Shown here one piece after another: positions 20,866 through 29,810 of a DNA stretch of 50,844 bases (its first letter is position 1; the number at the start of each line of letters is the position of its first letter). The stretch is from Armatimonadota bacterium (GTDB lineage: Bacteria; Armatimonadota; UBA10988). A program made the position numbers and the translations under genes. Location of the stretch: NCBI GenBank assembly GCA_016235455.1, contig JACRKZ010000121.1, positions 1 through 50,844 on the forward strand, written 5' to 3'. The notes beneath the pieces were generated by a model, which was given only the letters and a program-made list of their open reading frames with translations, did no database searches and was not told the DNA's origin.

Positions 20866-21489
20866 ATGAGCGAACGTGACTGGCACGACCTGTATTTGCG
20901 CGGCCTGATGAGCCAACTCGATCTCGAGCGCTACGAAGAACTCGTGTGCGAGCGATTGCAGTTGGCCGACGAACTGGCCGACAGGCTCTCCGACGAGGAG
21001 GGTTGGGACCGCGACATGGTCAGGCGGGCGCGCGCCATGTTGGCCGTGCGCGCCACCTTCGCCTCGCTGCTCGACGAGGTCTCCACCGAACCCATCTCCG
21101 ACGAGCTGTTCTCCTGGCCCGTCGAGGATTCGGCACGCACCCTGCAGGATCGCACCGCGGTGCGTCTGGTCAACGTGATCATCGTCCGCTCCATCGAGAA
21201 CGGCGTGGGCGCAGTGCAGATCACGCCCACCACCGATGGTGTGCAGATCGACATCACCGGCCACGCGCCGACCACCATGCTGACCACGCCCCGCAGCCTG
21301 CTGCGGCCGCTGCTGGCCCGGCTCAAACACGTTGCCCACCTCGACCCGGAGCGCCGCGGCATCGAGCAGATCGGCCATCTGCCCATCCGCTACTGCGGCC
21401 GTGACTACGAGATCAAGGTCACGGTCATGCCCGGCGACGAGGATGAGTCGGCTCGGCTCGAGTTCGCCTCGCTACGCAACACCGCTTGA
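20866..21489 (+). CDS. hypothetical protein with PilB/GspE N2-domain-like region, no ATPase domain
   Basis: AVRLVNVIIVRSIENGVGAVQITP ... LLARLKHVAHLDPERRGIEQIGHL ... YEIKVTVMP...ESARL parallels the PilB/GspE N2 pattern. The ORF stops before any Walker A. Confidence 0.6.
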   Translation: MSERDWHDLYLRGLMSQLDLERYEELVCERLQLADELADRLSDEEGWDRDMVRRARAMLAVRATFASLLDEVSTEPISDELFSWPVEDSARTLQDRTAVRLVNVIIVRSIENGVGAVQITPTTDGVQIDITGHAPTTMLTTPRSLLRPLLARLKHVAHLDPERRGIEQIGHLPIRYCGRDYEIKVTVMPGDEDESARLEFASLRNTA

Positions 21490-21539
21490 CGCGTCGTGCC
21501 CCGGCGACTCAGCTGCTGGGCACCGCGGGCACGACGTAG

Positions 21540-23258
21540 CTACCTCACCGGCACCACGCACGGCAGCACCCGACCCTCGCACGACGCTGGCGGCAGAATG
21601 CCCGCCAGCGCCGCGAACGTCGGCGCGATGTCCAGCGTGCTGGCCTCGCTGTAGTCGACGCCGGCCTTGATGCCGCGGCCGGCGAAGAGCAACGGCACCG
21701 CGCTGTCGTAGACATAGGCCTGGCCGTGGCTGGTGGCGTACTTGGTGTCGCCGGCCAGGCACAAGGGGTCGAGCAACACCAGCACGTCACCGCTCACGTC
21801 TGGGTGCACGGCGTGGGCCAGGCGCGCGCCGAGCACCGTCGGCGGCACCTGGCCGCGAAGCAGCCGCGTCACGGGCCAGGCCGACGACACGCCCTCGACG
21901 CGCATCACGCCCTCGGCGGCAGCCGCCTGCACGGCTTCCAGATCCAAGCCGGCCCGCCGGACCGCAGCGCGGTCGATGGTCAGGTACGGCTCGGTCCACG
22001 ACGTGACCAGCGCGCCGTTCTGAAACCGCGCCGCCACCACCGCGCGCGCCTCGTCGAGCAGCTTCTTGTCGTCGATGCGCAGCGCGGGCAAGCCCATCAG
22101 CGCCGCCTGCGCCGGCGCCGGCGCCACGCCGTGATCGGCGGTCAGAGCCAGCGTGCAGGCGCCCAGCCCGCCGGGCACCAGCGCGCCCAACTCCTTCAGG
22201 AAGCCGGCCAGGGCGCGGTCGGTCTGGAGCGTGAAGTCGAGCGCCTCCCACGAGTTCGGGCCGTACTTGTGCCCGACGTAGTCGGTGCTCGACAGGCTGA
22301 CGAAGAGCAGGTCGGTGGTGTCGCGCGCGCCGAGCCGCTCGGCCCGCACGGCGGCCAGCGCCGTGAGCAGCGTATAGTCGTTGGCGCGCGGGGTCTGGGT
22401 GAACACGCCGAAGTAGGCTTCGGTGGTCTCCTCGACCTTGCTGTTGACCGCATCGGCGAAGATCGCGGCCGACTGGGTGCCGAAACGCTCGCCCCAGACC
22501 GTCTCGAAGCCGCCGCGAGCGCGAGCCTGGTCGGCGGTCATCAGCGGCTTCCAGCGCTTGCCGCGCTGCAGGGCCGGGTAGCGCTCGGCGTTGACGGCGG
22601 CGGCCCAGTCGGGCAGCTTGCGGCCGTAGGCCGTGCTGGTGATCCAAGCGCCTTTGCCCTGGTCGTACCACAGCGCGGCGTCGGCCAGCCGACCGCCCAT
22701 GAGGATGGCGGCGCGGTCCTTGAGCGCGATGGACACGACCTTGGCGCGCCCGCCCGTGGCCATCTTCAACTCATCGCCGAGCGTGGTCGTGCGCAGGTTC
22801 TCCGGCCCGACGCGCGTGGCGCCAATCCCGCTGGGCTCGCCCAGAATGGTCGCGCCGGGCTGGTCGACGCAGTACTCGACCTGGCCGGCATTGGGGTTCC
22901 ACCATTCGTTGCCGACGATCCCGTTGCCGTCGGGGCAGGCGCCGGTGCTGATGGCGGCATGGCTCGGCCCGGTGTAGCTGGGCAGATGTCGCAGCCGGCA
23001 CGACGCATAGTTGGCGCCTCCGTCGAGGAAGGCGCGGAACCCACCATCGACCAGCAGGTCGCGCATACGGTCGAGGTAATCAGCGCGGAGCTGGTCAATG
23101 ACCAGCACGACCAGCAGCTTGGGCCGCTCGCTCACGCGATGGGTCGTCGCGGGCGGCGGCACGGGCTCTGGCTTCGCCTTGGCCCGGCCGTGCGGCGTGC
23201 AGCCCGAGACCATCAGGGCCGCCGCCAGGTAGCACACACGCCATCGCACTGACCGCAT
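21540..23258 (-). CDS. alkaline phosphatase superfamily lipoprotein (PafA-like)
   Basis: Lipobox VSGC; VIDQLRADYL, Thr nucleophile YTGPSHA, GIVGNEW, KDRAAIL, STDYVGHKYG, TADHG, SHG. Confidence 0.88.
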   Translation of the reverse strand: MRSVRWRVCYLAAALMVSGCTPHGRAKAKPEPVPPPATTHRVSERPKLLVVLVIDQLRADYLDRMRDLLVDGGFRAFLDGGANYASCRLRHLPSYTGPSHAAISTGACPDGNGIVGNEWWNPNAGQVEYCVDQPGATILGEPSGIGATRVGPENLRTTTLGDELKMATGGRAKVVSIALKDRAAILMGGRLADAALWYDQGKGAWITSTAYGRKLPDWAAAVNAERYPALQRGKRWKPLMTADQARARGGFETVWGERFGTQSAAIFADAVNSKVEETTEAYFGVFTQTPRANDYTLLTALAAVRAERLGARDTTDLLFVSLSSTDYVGHKYGPNSWEALDFTLQTDRALAGFLKELGALVPGGLGACTLALTADHGVAPAPAQAALMGLPALRIDDKKLLDEARAVVAARFQNGALVTSWTEPYLTIDRAAVRRAGLDLEAVQAAAAEGVMRVEGVSSAWPVTRLLRGQVPPTVLGARLAHAVHPDVSGDVLVLLDPLCLAGDTKYATSHGQAYVYDSAVPLLFAGRGIKAGVDYSEASTLDIAPTFAALAGILPPASCEGRVLPCVVPVR

Positions 23259-23288
23259 CGCTCGCTCCTGAAGGCGATGATGCGGCGG

Positions 23289-23307
23289 CCACGCTGGTAG
23301 CGTGTGG
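23289..23307. repeat. short palindrome, REP-like
   Basis: CACGCT-GGT-AGCGTG, similar to the GCCACGCT-CC-AGCGTGGC unit at 16673. Confidence 0.4.
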
Positions 23308-23338
23308 GCCCGTCGTCAGAATCAGGTTAGCGGCGTGG

Positions 23339-25063
23339 CTACTCGACGGCGTAGCGGTAGCAGAAGCGGCCGCTGGGCGCGGTGCAGCCCTGCTCCAGCC
23401 AGTCTTCGAGCCGCTCGGGCAGGCCCGCATTGTCGGTCCACTTGAAGTCGACGGTGAACCTGGCGCCCAGCCCGAGCAGCGCCCGCGGCACGGCCAGCAT
23501 CAGCTCGTTGCCGGCCACGGTGAGCTGCGCGGCGCCGATCTCACGCCATTGGCCGTCGACGAAGCGCTCGACCGTGGCGGTGCCGGCCGCCGGCTGCCGC
23601 CGATTGACCAGGATATCGAACCCATGCCAGCCGGTCCTGGTATCGGCGTCGGTGTTCAGCAGCAGGCTCATCCAGCGGTCGCTGTCGGGGGTGGTGATGG
23701 GCGCGGCACACTGCGCGTAGGCGTAGAGCCGCTCGCCGTCGCGGGCCAGCTTGGCGCGCTCGATGGTGTTGCGCAGGCTGCTGTTGGCGTAGCGTCGCCC
23801 GCCAAAGCCCTCGGCGTCGCGCACGGCCGGGCCGCCGGTCTCGGCCAGGTACTCCGGCGTCACCGCGGCCCAGTCGGCCAGCGAGGCGATGGCCGTCGGC
23901 GCGCCGGCGACCGGCCGCGGGCGCACGCCCTTGTAGCGCCGCACGAAGTCGACCAACTGGTAGTAGTAGTTGTCGCCGTGGCCGCCTCGCATCGGTTCGA
24001 TGTCTCGGCTGTACTCCTGGCTGTAGGTGTCGACGAAGAAGCTGTCGCCCTCGGCCAGCTGGCGACCGGCCATGCTCATGCCGCCCTTATTCAGGAAGCG
24101 CTGGGCCACCCACTCGTTCCAGCCAGTGACGAAGACGAACTCGGGGTCAACCTCCAGTGCGCGTCGGCACTGCTCGGCGAAGCAAAGGCCCAGCTCGGGT
24201 CGCTGCTCGGCGGCGGGCGGTTCCTTGCCGTCGTGGAAGCTGCGGCCGATGTTGCTGATGGGGTGCTGCGCCACGCAGACGGACAAGGCTTCGGGCTTCT
24301 TGGGGTCTTCGTGCCAGCCGGCCTTCTGCGGGTAGTTGTCTAGCCAGGTCCAGGCGTCCTTGCCGTCGCCGAACCAGCCGTCCTTGCCGCTCCACGCCCA
24401 CGACCGACGGAAGCTGAAGAAGGCGGCAATCTCGGGCCGCACCTCTCCACCGTCCCACAGCATCAGCGGCTTGCCCTTCCAGCGGAACCACAACTCGGGA
24501 TACAGGTTCTTGGCGAAGAAGTTGTCGTAGATCCTCGTCACGGTCTGGGCGCTGGAGCTGTGCGCGATGAAGGCGATTTGCGGCGTGGCCTGGCCGCGGG
24601 CGCGCAGCTCGGTCCAAACTCGGCACAACGTGAGCAGTGTCTCGTCGTAGGTGAACGCGTTGGTGATGTCGAACACGACGGTATCGACGCCCGCCGCCGA
24701 GAGCATCTTGGCGTGCTTGGCCAGGACCCACTCATCGCCCGAGAAGTAGTAGCCGAACTGCGGCTGGCCCCAGTGGTGAAAGGCGTTGACCGGCCCTAAA
24801 TCGGGCTTGTCGGGGTTGGCCGCGAGGATCTGCGTCAGGTCGTGCAGGTCCTTGGAGTGGTTGCCCAACCAGAGGAAGTAGAACATGCCAACAAAGCGGT
24901 CGGCGCGTGCCGGCCGGCATTCGGCGGGGCTGGTGGGCAGGCTGCGACCCAGCGCGTCAGTCGCCACCCAGGTGTCGGACAGCGTGTCACGCATGGTCGC
25001 AGCCTTCCCCATGGGCAACGTCGCCACAGTCAGTGCCAGGGCGACGGCCCATGTTCGGTTCAT
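23339..25063 (-). CDS. secreted GH99/GH71-like glycoside hydrolase
   Basis: Signal peptide; VGMFYFLW, HHWGQPQFGYY, HAKMLSAAGVD..VFDITN, FVTGWNEW, SRDIEP. Confidence 0.65.
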   Translation of the reverse strand: MNRTWAVALALTVATLPMGKAATMRDTLSDTWVATDALGRSLPTSPAECRPARADRFVGMFYFLWLGNHSKDLHDLTQILAANPDKPDLGPVNAFHHWGQPQFGYYFSGDEWVLAKHAKMLSAAGVDTVVFDITNAFTYDETLLTLCRVWTELRARGQATPQIAFIAHSSSAQTVTRIYDNFFAKNLYPELWFRWKGKPLMLWDGGEVRPEIAAFFSFRRSWAWSGKDGWFGDGKDAWTWLDNYPQKAGWHEDPKKPEALSVCVAQHPISNIGRSFHDGKEPPAAEQRPELGLCFAEQCRRALEVDPEFVFVTGWNEWVAQRFLNKGGMSMAGRQLAEGDSFFVDTYSQEYSRDIEPMRGGHGDNYYYQLVDFVRRYKGVRPRPVAGAPTAIASLADWAAVTPEYLAETGGPAVRDAEGFGGRRYANSSLRNTIERAKLARDGERLYAYAQCAAPITTPDSDRWMSLLLNTDADTRTGWHGFDILVNRRQPAAGTATVERFVDGQWREIGAAQLTVAGNELMLAVPRALLGLGARFTVDFKWTDNAGLPERLEDWLEQGCTAPSGRFCYRYAVE

Positions 25064-25071
25064 CTCGGCTC

Positions 25072-26340
25072 CTACTTGACCACCACCGGGTTGACGAAGT
25101 CGGTGCTCAGCGCAGCCACCTGCTCACCGGTCATCTCACCGCTCTGGACCCACAGTCGGTAGCCCACGTCAAGTGGCTTGTCCTTGGTCACCTCGACCTT
25201 GAAATACGAGCCAAACCGCCCGTAGTCCCGCTCGGAGAAGCGCGCTTCCTTGGGGTTGGTGGGCCGATCGAGATAGGCCACGGTATAGCGCTGGCCGCCG
25301 AGCAGGAAGCACATGGCGTCCCACGGCAGGTTGATGTGCTCCTTGTTGCCCGGCCAGTTGCGCGTCTCATCCAGCTTGCCACGGCCGTCGGGCCGCAGGT
25401 AGTAGGTCTGCTTGGCGGTGGCGTCGGCCACCTCGGAGTTGGCGCGGAAGTGGAATCCTGCGTGCTGCGGGTCGCCGTCCAGTGTCACGTCCCACTGCGT
25501 GGCCTCGAGGCGGCTGGCCCAGTCCATCAACATGCCACCGGGCGTGTTGATGATGGACACTTCGCGCAGCTCATTGGCGAAGAGGTCCGTGCCCTGGCCG
25601 TGCCACTCGATCTTGACACAGTGGCGACCAACGACCGGCCCGCCCTCGGCCGACACCGTGCCGCCGTCGAGCTGATAGGCCACCGGGCAGTGCCAGATGT
25701 CCACGTTCTTGGCGGTCTTCGGGTCGGCGCCGGGCGTCACGTAGCTGGTCTTGTTGAAGCCGTACATCACGCCACGGTGATGCGGGAACAGCTTCGCGCC
25801 CACCCCGTTGGTCAACAGCGTCTCGCCACGATCGGGGTCGTAGATGTGATGGAAGACCTTCATCGTGTCGAAGCGCTTGGCCTTGTCCGGGCTGAGCGGC
25901 GCGCGGATGTAGCGCATGACCGGCTTGGTGCCCAGGCGCAGCTCGCTCCAGTCGGGCAGGCTGTCGGTCCAGGCAAACACCGGCCCAGCCGGCTTGGCGG
26001 CGGTGTCCAGCGTCACGGTGACGGTGGTGGCGGCGCCCTTGGCCAGCTTCGGTGCCACGAAGACGAGTTCGCGCACCACGTCACCGGCGCCCTGCTTGAC
26101 CTTGCTCTGGTCGAGCAGCAGGCCCGGCGCGAGCAACTGGCCGACGACCGGCTTGTCACCAAGGCCGGTCACGCTGACGCCGGCCCGCGCCAAGGCCTGC
26201 GGCACCGACACCGCCAATCGCACGACCGCGTTGGTGCGGTCGGCATCCACGGCAGCCAGCGTGATCTGGCGGCTCTGTGTCTCCGCGCGCAAGCCGCTGG
26301 CGACCAGCAGGGCCGCCAGCACATAGAGCTTTCGCATCAT
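25072..26340 (-). CDS. secreted PmoA-family (DUF6807-like) protein of unknown function
   Basis: Signal peptide; FHHIY..D, FPHHRGVMYGF, DIWH, LDGDPQHAGFHFR, DRPTNP, RDYGRFG. Confidence 0.7.
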   Translation of the reverse strand: MMRKLYVLAALLVASGLRAETQSRQITLAAVDADRTNAVVRLAVSVPQALARAGVSVTGLGDKPVVGQLLAPGLLLDQSKVKQGAGDVVRELVFVAPKLAKGAATTVTVTLDTAAKPAGPVFAWTDSLPDWSELRLGTKPVMRYIRAPLSPDKAKRFDTMKVFHHIYDPDRGETLLTNGVGAKLFPHHRGVMYGFNKTSYVTPGADPKTAKNVDIWHCPVAYQLDGGTVSAEGGPVVGRHCVKIEWHGQGTDLFANELREVSIINTPGGMLMDWASRLEATQWDVTLDGDPQHAGFHFRANSEVADATAKQTYYLRPDGRGKLDETRNWPGNKEHINLPWDAMCFLLGGQRYTVAYLDRPTNPKEARFSERDYGRFGSYFKVEVTKDKPLDVGYRLWVQSGEMTGEQVAALSTDFVNPVVVK

Positions 26341-26351
26341 GCGTCCGATCT

Positions 26352-27677
26352 TCAGTCGATGGTGTAAGGCTTGCGCGGCTTGTGCTTGATCATCTCGTTG
26401 GCCGCGTCATCGCCCACGAACTTCTCGGCCTCGCCATCCCACTTGAGCTTGCGGCCAGTGCGGTAGGCCACGTTGCCCAGGTTGGCCGTGGTGGTCGACG
26501 TGTGGCCCATGGCGCATTCGGCCACGGGCGTGAGCGTCCGGTCCTTGATGCAGGCCAGCCAGTCGTCGTAGTGGCTGCCGCGCACCGGCAGCTTCACCGC
26601 GTCGGGGATGGGCTGTTCCTTGAACGTGTCCGGGAAAATCTTGGGCATCTGGCCACGGCACACATAGAGCTGCGCCTCGCTGCCGATGAACGCGATGCCG
26701 TGGTCGGTCATGATGTCGTCGGGATCGCGCTCGATCTTCTTGCCCTGCAGCCAGGCCAGGCCAAAGCCGGGGAACTCGTAGTGCGCCTCGATCTCGTAGG
26801 GCACTTCCATCGGGCTGTTCTCGGCGCGCGTGCCGGTGGCTTCGACGCTGAGGGGCTTCTCGCTGCGCATGGCCCACTGCAGGATGTCGATCATGTGGAC
26901 ACCCCAGTCGGTCATCAAGCCGCCGCCCTGATCCCAGAAGTAGCGCCAGGCGTAGTGGGCGCGGTTGTAGTCGAAGGGAATGAGAGGCGACGGCCCAAGC
27001 CAGCGATCCCAGTCGATGTCGGCCTGCTGCGCACGGTTCTTGATGGCACCGGCGTCGGTCAGGTTGAGCATGCGCGGGTTCTTCCAGCCGCGAACCTTCT
27101 TGATCTCGCCGAGTTGCCCCGAGCGCACAATCTCGACCGCCTTGCGGAAGTTGCGGTCGCTGCGCTGCTGCGTGCCGACCTGCACCTTGCGGCCGTACTT
27201 CTTGGCCTCGTTGACCAGGATGCGGCCCTCCTCCACGTCGTGCGACATGGGCTTCTCGACGTAGACGTCCTTGCCCGCGCGCACCGCGTGGATGGCGATG
27301 GTGGCATGCCAGTGGTCGGGCGTGGCCACGAGGACCGCGTCGACATCCTTGCGAGCCAGCACTTCCTTGTAGTCGATGTGCGTCTGAGGCTCGGCGCGGC
27401 CGGCAGCCTTCAGCCGGTCGACGGCCATGGCGCGGCGCCTGGCGTCGAGCTCGCAGATGCCCGTGATCTCGAACCGCTTGTCCTTGGACAGGTTCGACAG
27501 GTGGCTGCCGCCCATGCCGCCCACGCCGATGAAGGCGAGGTTCAGGCGCTCGTTGGCCGCCTCCTGGCCACGCGCCGGACGATAGCCCCAGAGGCTGCCG
27601 CCCAGGCCCAGGGTCATGCCCGTGGCCGCTGTTCGCCGCAGGAAGTCGCGCCGGTCCATGCTCGGTCGATCGTTCAT
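26352..27677 (-). CDS. Tat-exported Gfo/Idh/MocA family oxidoreductase
   Basis: DRRDFL Tat signal; IGVGGMG, ATPDHWH, GKDVYVEKP, QVGTQQRS, WDRWLGP, MTDWGVH. Confidence 0.92.
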   Translation of the reverse strand: MNDRPSMDRRDFLRRTAATGMTLGLGGSLWGYRPARGQEAANERLNLAFIGVGGMGGSHLSNLSKDKRFEITGICELDARRRAMAVDRLKAAGRAEPQTHIDYKEVLARKDVDAVLVATPDHWHATIAIHAVRAGKDVYVEKPMSHDVEEGRILVNEAKKYGRKVQVGTQQRSDRNFRKAVEIVRSGQLGEIKKVRGWKNPRMLNLTDAGAIKNRAQQADIDWDRWLGPSPLIPFDYNRAHYAWRYFWDQGGGLMTDWGVHMIDILQWAMRSEKPLSVEATGTRAENSPMEVPYEIEAHYEFPGFGLAWLQGKKIERDPDDIMTDHGIAFIGSEAQLYVCRGQMPKIFPDTFKEQPIPDAVKLPVRGSHYDDWLACIKDRTLTPVAECAMGHTSTTTANLGNVAYRTGRKLKWDGEAEKFVGDDAANEMIKHKPRKPYTID

Positions 27678-27809
27678 AAATCCTCTCACCACAACGACTA
27701 GGACGCCGCCTCGCGCCGTGGGTTCGGCCCATTGTAACTGTTCTCCCGCGCCGTGAACAAGGTGGACCACGCCATCGGTCCATGGCACAATGCCCGCGTG
27801 GAGGGTCCC

Positions 27810-29699
27810 ATGCGCCGTATCGCCGCCGTGTTCGTCTGCTGGCTCGTCGTTGCGCCGCCGCTGGGCGCGGCCATCACCGTCGCCAATCACCGCGCCGACG
27901 AGACGCTGCGCTACCCCGTGGTACTGCTCACCGGCCGCGCCGACTCGGGTGATGTGGTGACCATCACCAACGCTGACAACCCGCGGCCGGATGGGCGCAA
28001 CCAGGGCCCCGTCATCGACCGGATGTTCAAGCTGCTGGTGGAGTTGCGTGGCGGGATCAACCACCTGACGTTGGCCGCCGGCGGGGAGAAGCTCGACCTG
28101 GCGCTCGAATACCGGCCCATGGTCACCGACTACAAGGTGCGCCTTGTCTACCTGACCGGCAGCGAGAAGGCTACCGCCTACCCCACGCCCAACGCCGACG
28201 ACCCGCAGAACTACCAGGCTCGGCTGCGCACCGCCGCGCGCCTCATGCAGACCTTCTGCGCCGAGGCCATGACCGCGCAGGGCTTTGGCCCGCTCACCTT
28301 CGACCTGGCCTGTGACACGCAGGGCGACCCCATCGTCGACACCGTCGCCTACCCCGAGGCCGCCGCCGATCTGCGCGCGCGCGACGCCGGCGAGCAATGG
28401 CAGCGCACCTACCAGTTGCTCGGCCGTTCGTACGCCTTTTCGCGCACCAAAGTGCTCTGCGCCAACGCCTTCATCGCCTACGACCCGGCCACCAAGCGCG
28501 CCCTGGGCCACACGGCGCTCGGCGGTGGCTCACTGGCCGTGTTTTCCACCAACCCGCTCTATGCCTGGCCGGCCAACCTGCGCGATGTGCAGCGCGCCTT
28601 CGACGATGCCACCCGCGTGGACACGGCCAAGGTCTGCGACGACACCGCCTACCGCGGCACGAACTGGGCCATGGCCGCCACGGGCATCGGCGCCTGGCTG
28701 CACGAGCTGGGCCACACCTTCGGCCTGCCGCACAGCCCCGACCCGCGCTGCATCATGTCGCGTGGGTTCGACATGTTCAACCGCGCCTTCGTGCTGCGCG
28801 AAGCACCCACGACCCGGCGCGCCGAGCCGCTGGCCTTCAAGAGTGAGCAGACCGCTTACTGGGACCCGCTGTTCGCCGAGCGCCTGTCACTCAACCCGTT
28901 CTGGCAGCCCGACGGCCCCAAGGCCTCGGGCCAGGCCGAACCGCGCGCCAAGTACGACTGGGCCACGCGCCGCCTGACGATCACGGCGCCGGCGGGCCTG
29001 GCGGCCGTGCAAGTCGAAGGACCGCAGATGCGCACCAGCCTGGCCAAGGCCCAACTAGCCGGCAAGCGCGAGTTGGTGCTGGCCAGCGCCGACCTGCGCG
29101 TCGCGCTCGAAGCGCCCGACGGCGTGAACGTCATCGCCTTCGACCGCGACGGGCGCAGCGTCTCGTTCGATGAGCGCACCGCCCGTGACCCGCGCCTCTT
29201 CGTGCGTACCTGGCAACTGGCCGCCGCGCCGCAGGCCTGGACCGCCATGCCCAAAGCGCCCACGCTCGACGACACCGCGCTCGCCACGATCATCGAGAGC
29301 CTGCGCACTCGACCCGCCACGCCGGCCAAGCTGCCCGACGCCGACCAGGCGTTGTCGCTCGACTTGGCCGCCACCTACGCCGACAACCAGACCCGCGTGG
29401 CCTACGCGCTGACCACGGTCCGGGTCGACGAGGAACGCAAGGTCAAGCTGCTGGCCGGTGGCGATGATGGCTTCCGCATCTGGCTCAACGGCGCGCTGGT
29501 GCTCGACCGCACCGGCGTGCAGGTCGTGGCCACCGACAGCGCCACGGCCGAGGTCACGCTCAAGGCCGGCGCCAACACCCTCCTCGTGGAGAGCCAGCAG
29601 GGCGGCGGCGGCTGGAACTTCGCGCTGCGCCTGACCACGCCCGACGGCAAACCGCTGCTGCTGACAACCGAGGGCAAGCTGCGCAACGCCGGGCTCTGA
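27810..29699 (+). CDS. secreted zinc metallopeptidase (Metallopep-like) with C-terminal PA14-like domain
   Basis: Signal peptide; AARLMQTFCAEAM, GHTALGGG, HELGHTFGLPH, Met-turn IMSRGF; C-terminal GGDDGFRIWLNG. Confidence 0.8.
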   Translation: MRRIAAVFVCWLVVAPPLGAAITVANHRADETLRYPVVLLTGRADSGDVVTITNADNPRPDGRNQGPVIDRMFKLLVELRGGINHLTLAAGGEKLDLALEYRPMVTDYKVRLVYLTGSEKATAYPTPNADDPQNYQARLRTAARLMQTFCAEAMTAQGFGPLTFDLACDTQGDPIVDTVAYPEAAADLRARDAGEQWQRTYQLLGRSYAFSRTKVLCANAFIAYDPATKRALGHTALGGGSLAVFSTNPLYAWPANLRDVQRAFDDATRVDTAKVCDDTAYRGTNWAMAATGIGAWLHELGHTFGLPHSPDPRCIMSRGFDMFNRAFVLREAPTTRRAEPLAFKSEQTAYWDPLFAERLSLNPFWQPDGPKASGQAEPRAKYDWATRRLTITAPAGLAAVQVEGPQMRTSLAKAQLAGKRELVLASADLRVALEAPDGVNVIAFDRDGRSVSFDERTARDPRLFVRTWQLAAAPQAWTAMPKAPTLDDTALATIIESLRTRPATPAKLPDADQALSLDLAATYADNQTRVAYALTTVRVDEERKVKLLAGGDDGFRIWLNGALVLDRTGVQVVATDSATAEVTLKAGANTLLVESQQGGGGWNFALRLTTPDGKPLLLTTEGKLRNAGL

Positions 29700-29715
29700 T
29701 CGGCACCGCAACGAG

Positions 29716-29768
29716 ACGGACCGGTATGGAGCACAGTCGTCCCTCGGCCGTGCTCCATACCGGTCCGT
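29716..29768. terminator. 19-bp perfect inverted repeat between convergent genes
   Basis: ACGGACCGGTATGGAGCAC - 15 nt - GTGCTCCATACCGGTCCGT. Confidence 0.75.
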
Positions 29769-29810
29769 GTGCTGGCCGTCCATCTGACAGCGCTAGACGG
29801 GGCTTCAAGC

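Noticed and set aside
25072-26340. Methane monooxygenase subunit
   Set aside because: The 'PmoA family' label is a misnomer for this soluble secreted family. There are no TM helices and no pmoB/pmoC.
27678-28511. N-terminal extensions of the Gfo ORF (also of the clpC, GNAT, kinase and rhaI track ORFs)
   Set aside because: They overlap divergent genes or promoters. SD-supported downstream starts match the family N-termini.
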